Positions 63,243-64,000 of a DNA stretch of 64,000 nucleotides are shown here, one piece after another (the stretch's first letter is position 1; each line of letters opens with the position of its first letter). This DNA comes from Clostridia bacterium. GTDB lineage: Bacteria > Bacillota > Clostridia > Oscillospirales > CAG-382. The notes under the pieces are model-generated. The model did not search any database and was not told the origin of the DNA. It worked only from the letters and a program-made list of their open reading frames with translations. The translations under genes and the position numbers were made by a program. The stretch is taken from positions 104,764 to 168,763 of the forward strand of contig JAFQHL010000045.1 in the NCBI GenBank assembly GCA_017397955.1, read 5' to 3'.

Positions 63243-64000
63243 TGTTTTTTGCCTCCTCCCCGTAAATATGACACGCCACAAAGTGGGTGGGGCTGACCTG
63301 AATCATATCGGGATATTCACCGCCGCATTTTGCTGTGCAACGGGAGCATCGTTCTTTGAAATAGCAATGGTTTGGCATATTTATGGGGTTTGGTACATTG
63401 CCGGGGATATTGTAAAGAGTGTCGCTGTCGGAATCCAATGTAGGCTTGGACTTCTGCAAGCCGATGGTGTAGGGGTGCATGGGATTATGGAAAATCTCAT
63501 CAACAGTACCTTTTTCAATAACTCTGCCTGCGTACATAACAACCACATAATCTGCCATCTCCGCAATAATACCAAGGTCGTGAGTTATCAGCAGAATAGA
63601 GCCGTCGATTTTTGTTTTCAAATCCCTCAGCAGGTCAAGTATCTGTGCTTGAATTGTAACGTCAAGAGCAGTGGTAGGCTCGTCGGCAATAATAAGGCGC
63701 GGGTTGCTTACCAATGCCATAGCTATCATAACGCGCTGACGCATACCGCCCGAAAGCTCGTGAGGGAACGCGTTATAAACGCGCTCCGGCATTGCAATAC
63801 CTACAAGATTAAGCATTTCCATAGACTTTGCCTTTGCGCTCTCTGCGGTAGCCTCGGGGTTATGTATAAAGCTCACCTCGTCAAGCTGTTGCCCTATGGT
63901 GAACACAGGGTTAAGGGAGGTCATAGGCTCTTGGAAAATCATAGCAATCTCTTTGCCGCGTATACGGTGTATTTCGTGTATGGGCATTTTTGCTATGTCA
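63235..64000 (-). CDS. oppD: oligopeptide/dipeptide ABC transporter ATP-binding protein, 5' end beyond window
   Basis: Signature LSGGMRQR and Walker B LIIADEPTTALD. The reading frame is open to the window edge, and Walker A is not in the window. Confidence 0.88.
   Translation of the reverse strand, partial: DIAKMPIHEIHRIRGKEIAMIFQEPMTSLNPVFTIGQQLDEVSFIHNPEATAESAKAKSMEMLNLVGIAMPERVYNAFPHELSGGMRQRVMIAMALVSNPRLIIADEPTTALDVTIQAQILDLLRDLKTKIDGSILLITHDLGIIAEMADYVVVMYAGRVIEKGTVDEIFHNPMHPYTIGLQKSKPTLDSDSDTLYNIPGNVPNPINMPNHCYFKERCSRCTAKCGGEYPDMIQVSPTHFVACHIYGEEAKNNG

Overview
64-kb chromosomal window from a Clostridia-type Firmicute. The glgBCDAP order with glgD, T-box leaders, an ECF sigma repertoire, a dockerin-bearing secreted protein and Tn4451-type transposon genes suggest a Ruminococcaceae/Oscillospiraceae-like gut or rumen anaerobe; that taxonomic call is inference. 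Host GC looks to be in the high 40s percent by eye. Layout: (i) 1-9.8 kb holds the glycogen operon glgB-glgC-glgD-glgA-glgP plus a GH13 enzyme. (ii) 9.9-18.4 kb holds mixed genes: an APH-family kinase, a sigma factor, a zinc-ribbon protein, a PRTase, an SDR, a patatin, DUF362, a TrmH methyltransferase and a dockerin protein. (iii) 18.6-21.4 kb is an initiator tRNA-fMet / tRNA-Leu(UAA) locus. Two displaced copies of the tRNA-fMet 3' end and a structured ~215-bp repeat bracket small orphan-gene cassettes there. (iv) 23.1-27.4 kb is a dTDP-sugar cluster (rfbA, rfbB, wecE-like, ATP-grasp). (v) 27.8-33.8 kb carries two paralogous ECF sigma/anti-sigma pairs; the second lies in an AT-rich islet with a secreted HExxH protein. 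(vi) About 34.0-48.2 kb is an integrated Tn4451-like mobilizable element. It encodes a large serine recombinase, TnpW, TnpV, a TnpY-like protein, a MobA/MobL relaxase with an RSF1010-like oriT, ParM/ParR-like partition genes, an AbiEi/AbiEii module and small regulators. It also contains the most unusual feature of the window, a 1.2-kb non-coding array of ~20 degenerate repeats (43.03-44.25 kb). (vii) 48.6-55.5 kb holds two T-box-controlled transcription units that encode neither tRNA synthetases nor classical biosynthetic enzymes. They encode a catalytically degenerate LeuA-like protein, a TIM-barrel::acyl-adenylate ligase fusion and an HTH::cupin::acyl-adenylate ligase fusion. (viii) 55.6-64 kb holds transporters (VIT, MFS, YitT, PutP, MgtC, OppF/OppD). 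No CRISPR array, cas genes or rRNA were seen. All calls rest on by-eye motif recognition of the supplied ORF translations and the raw sequence; no searches were run.
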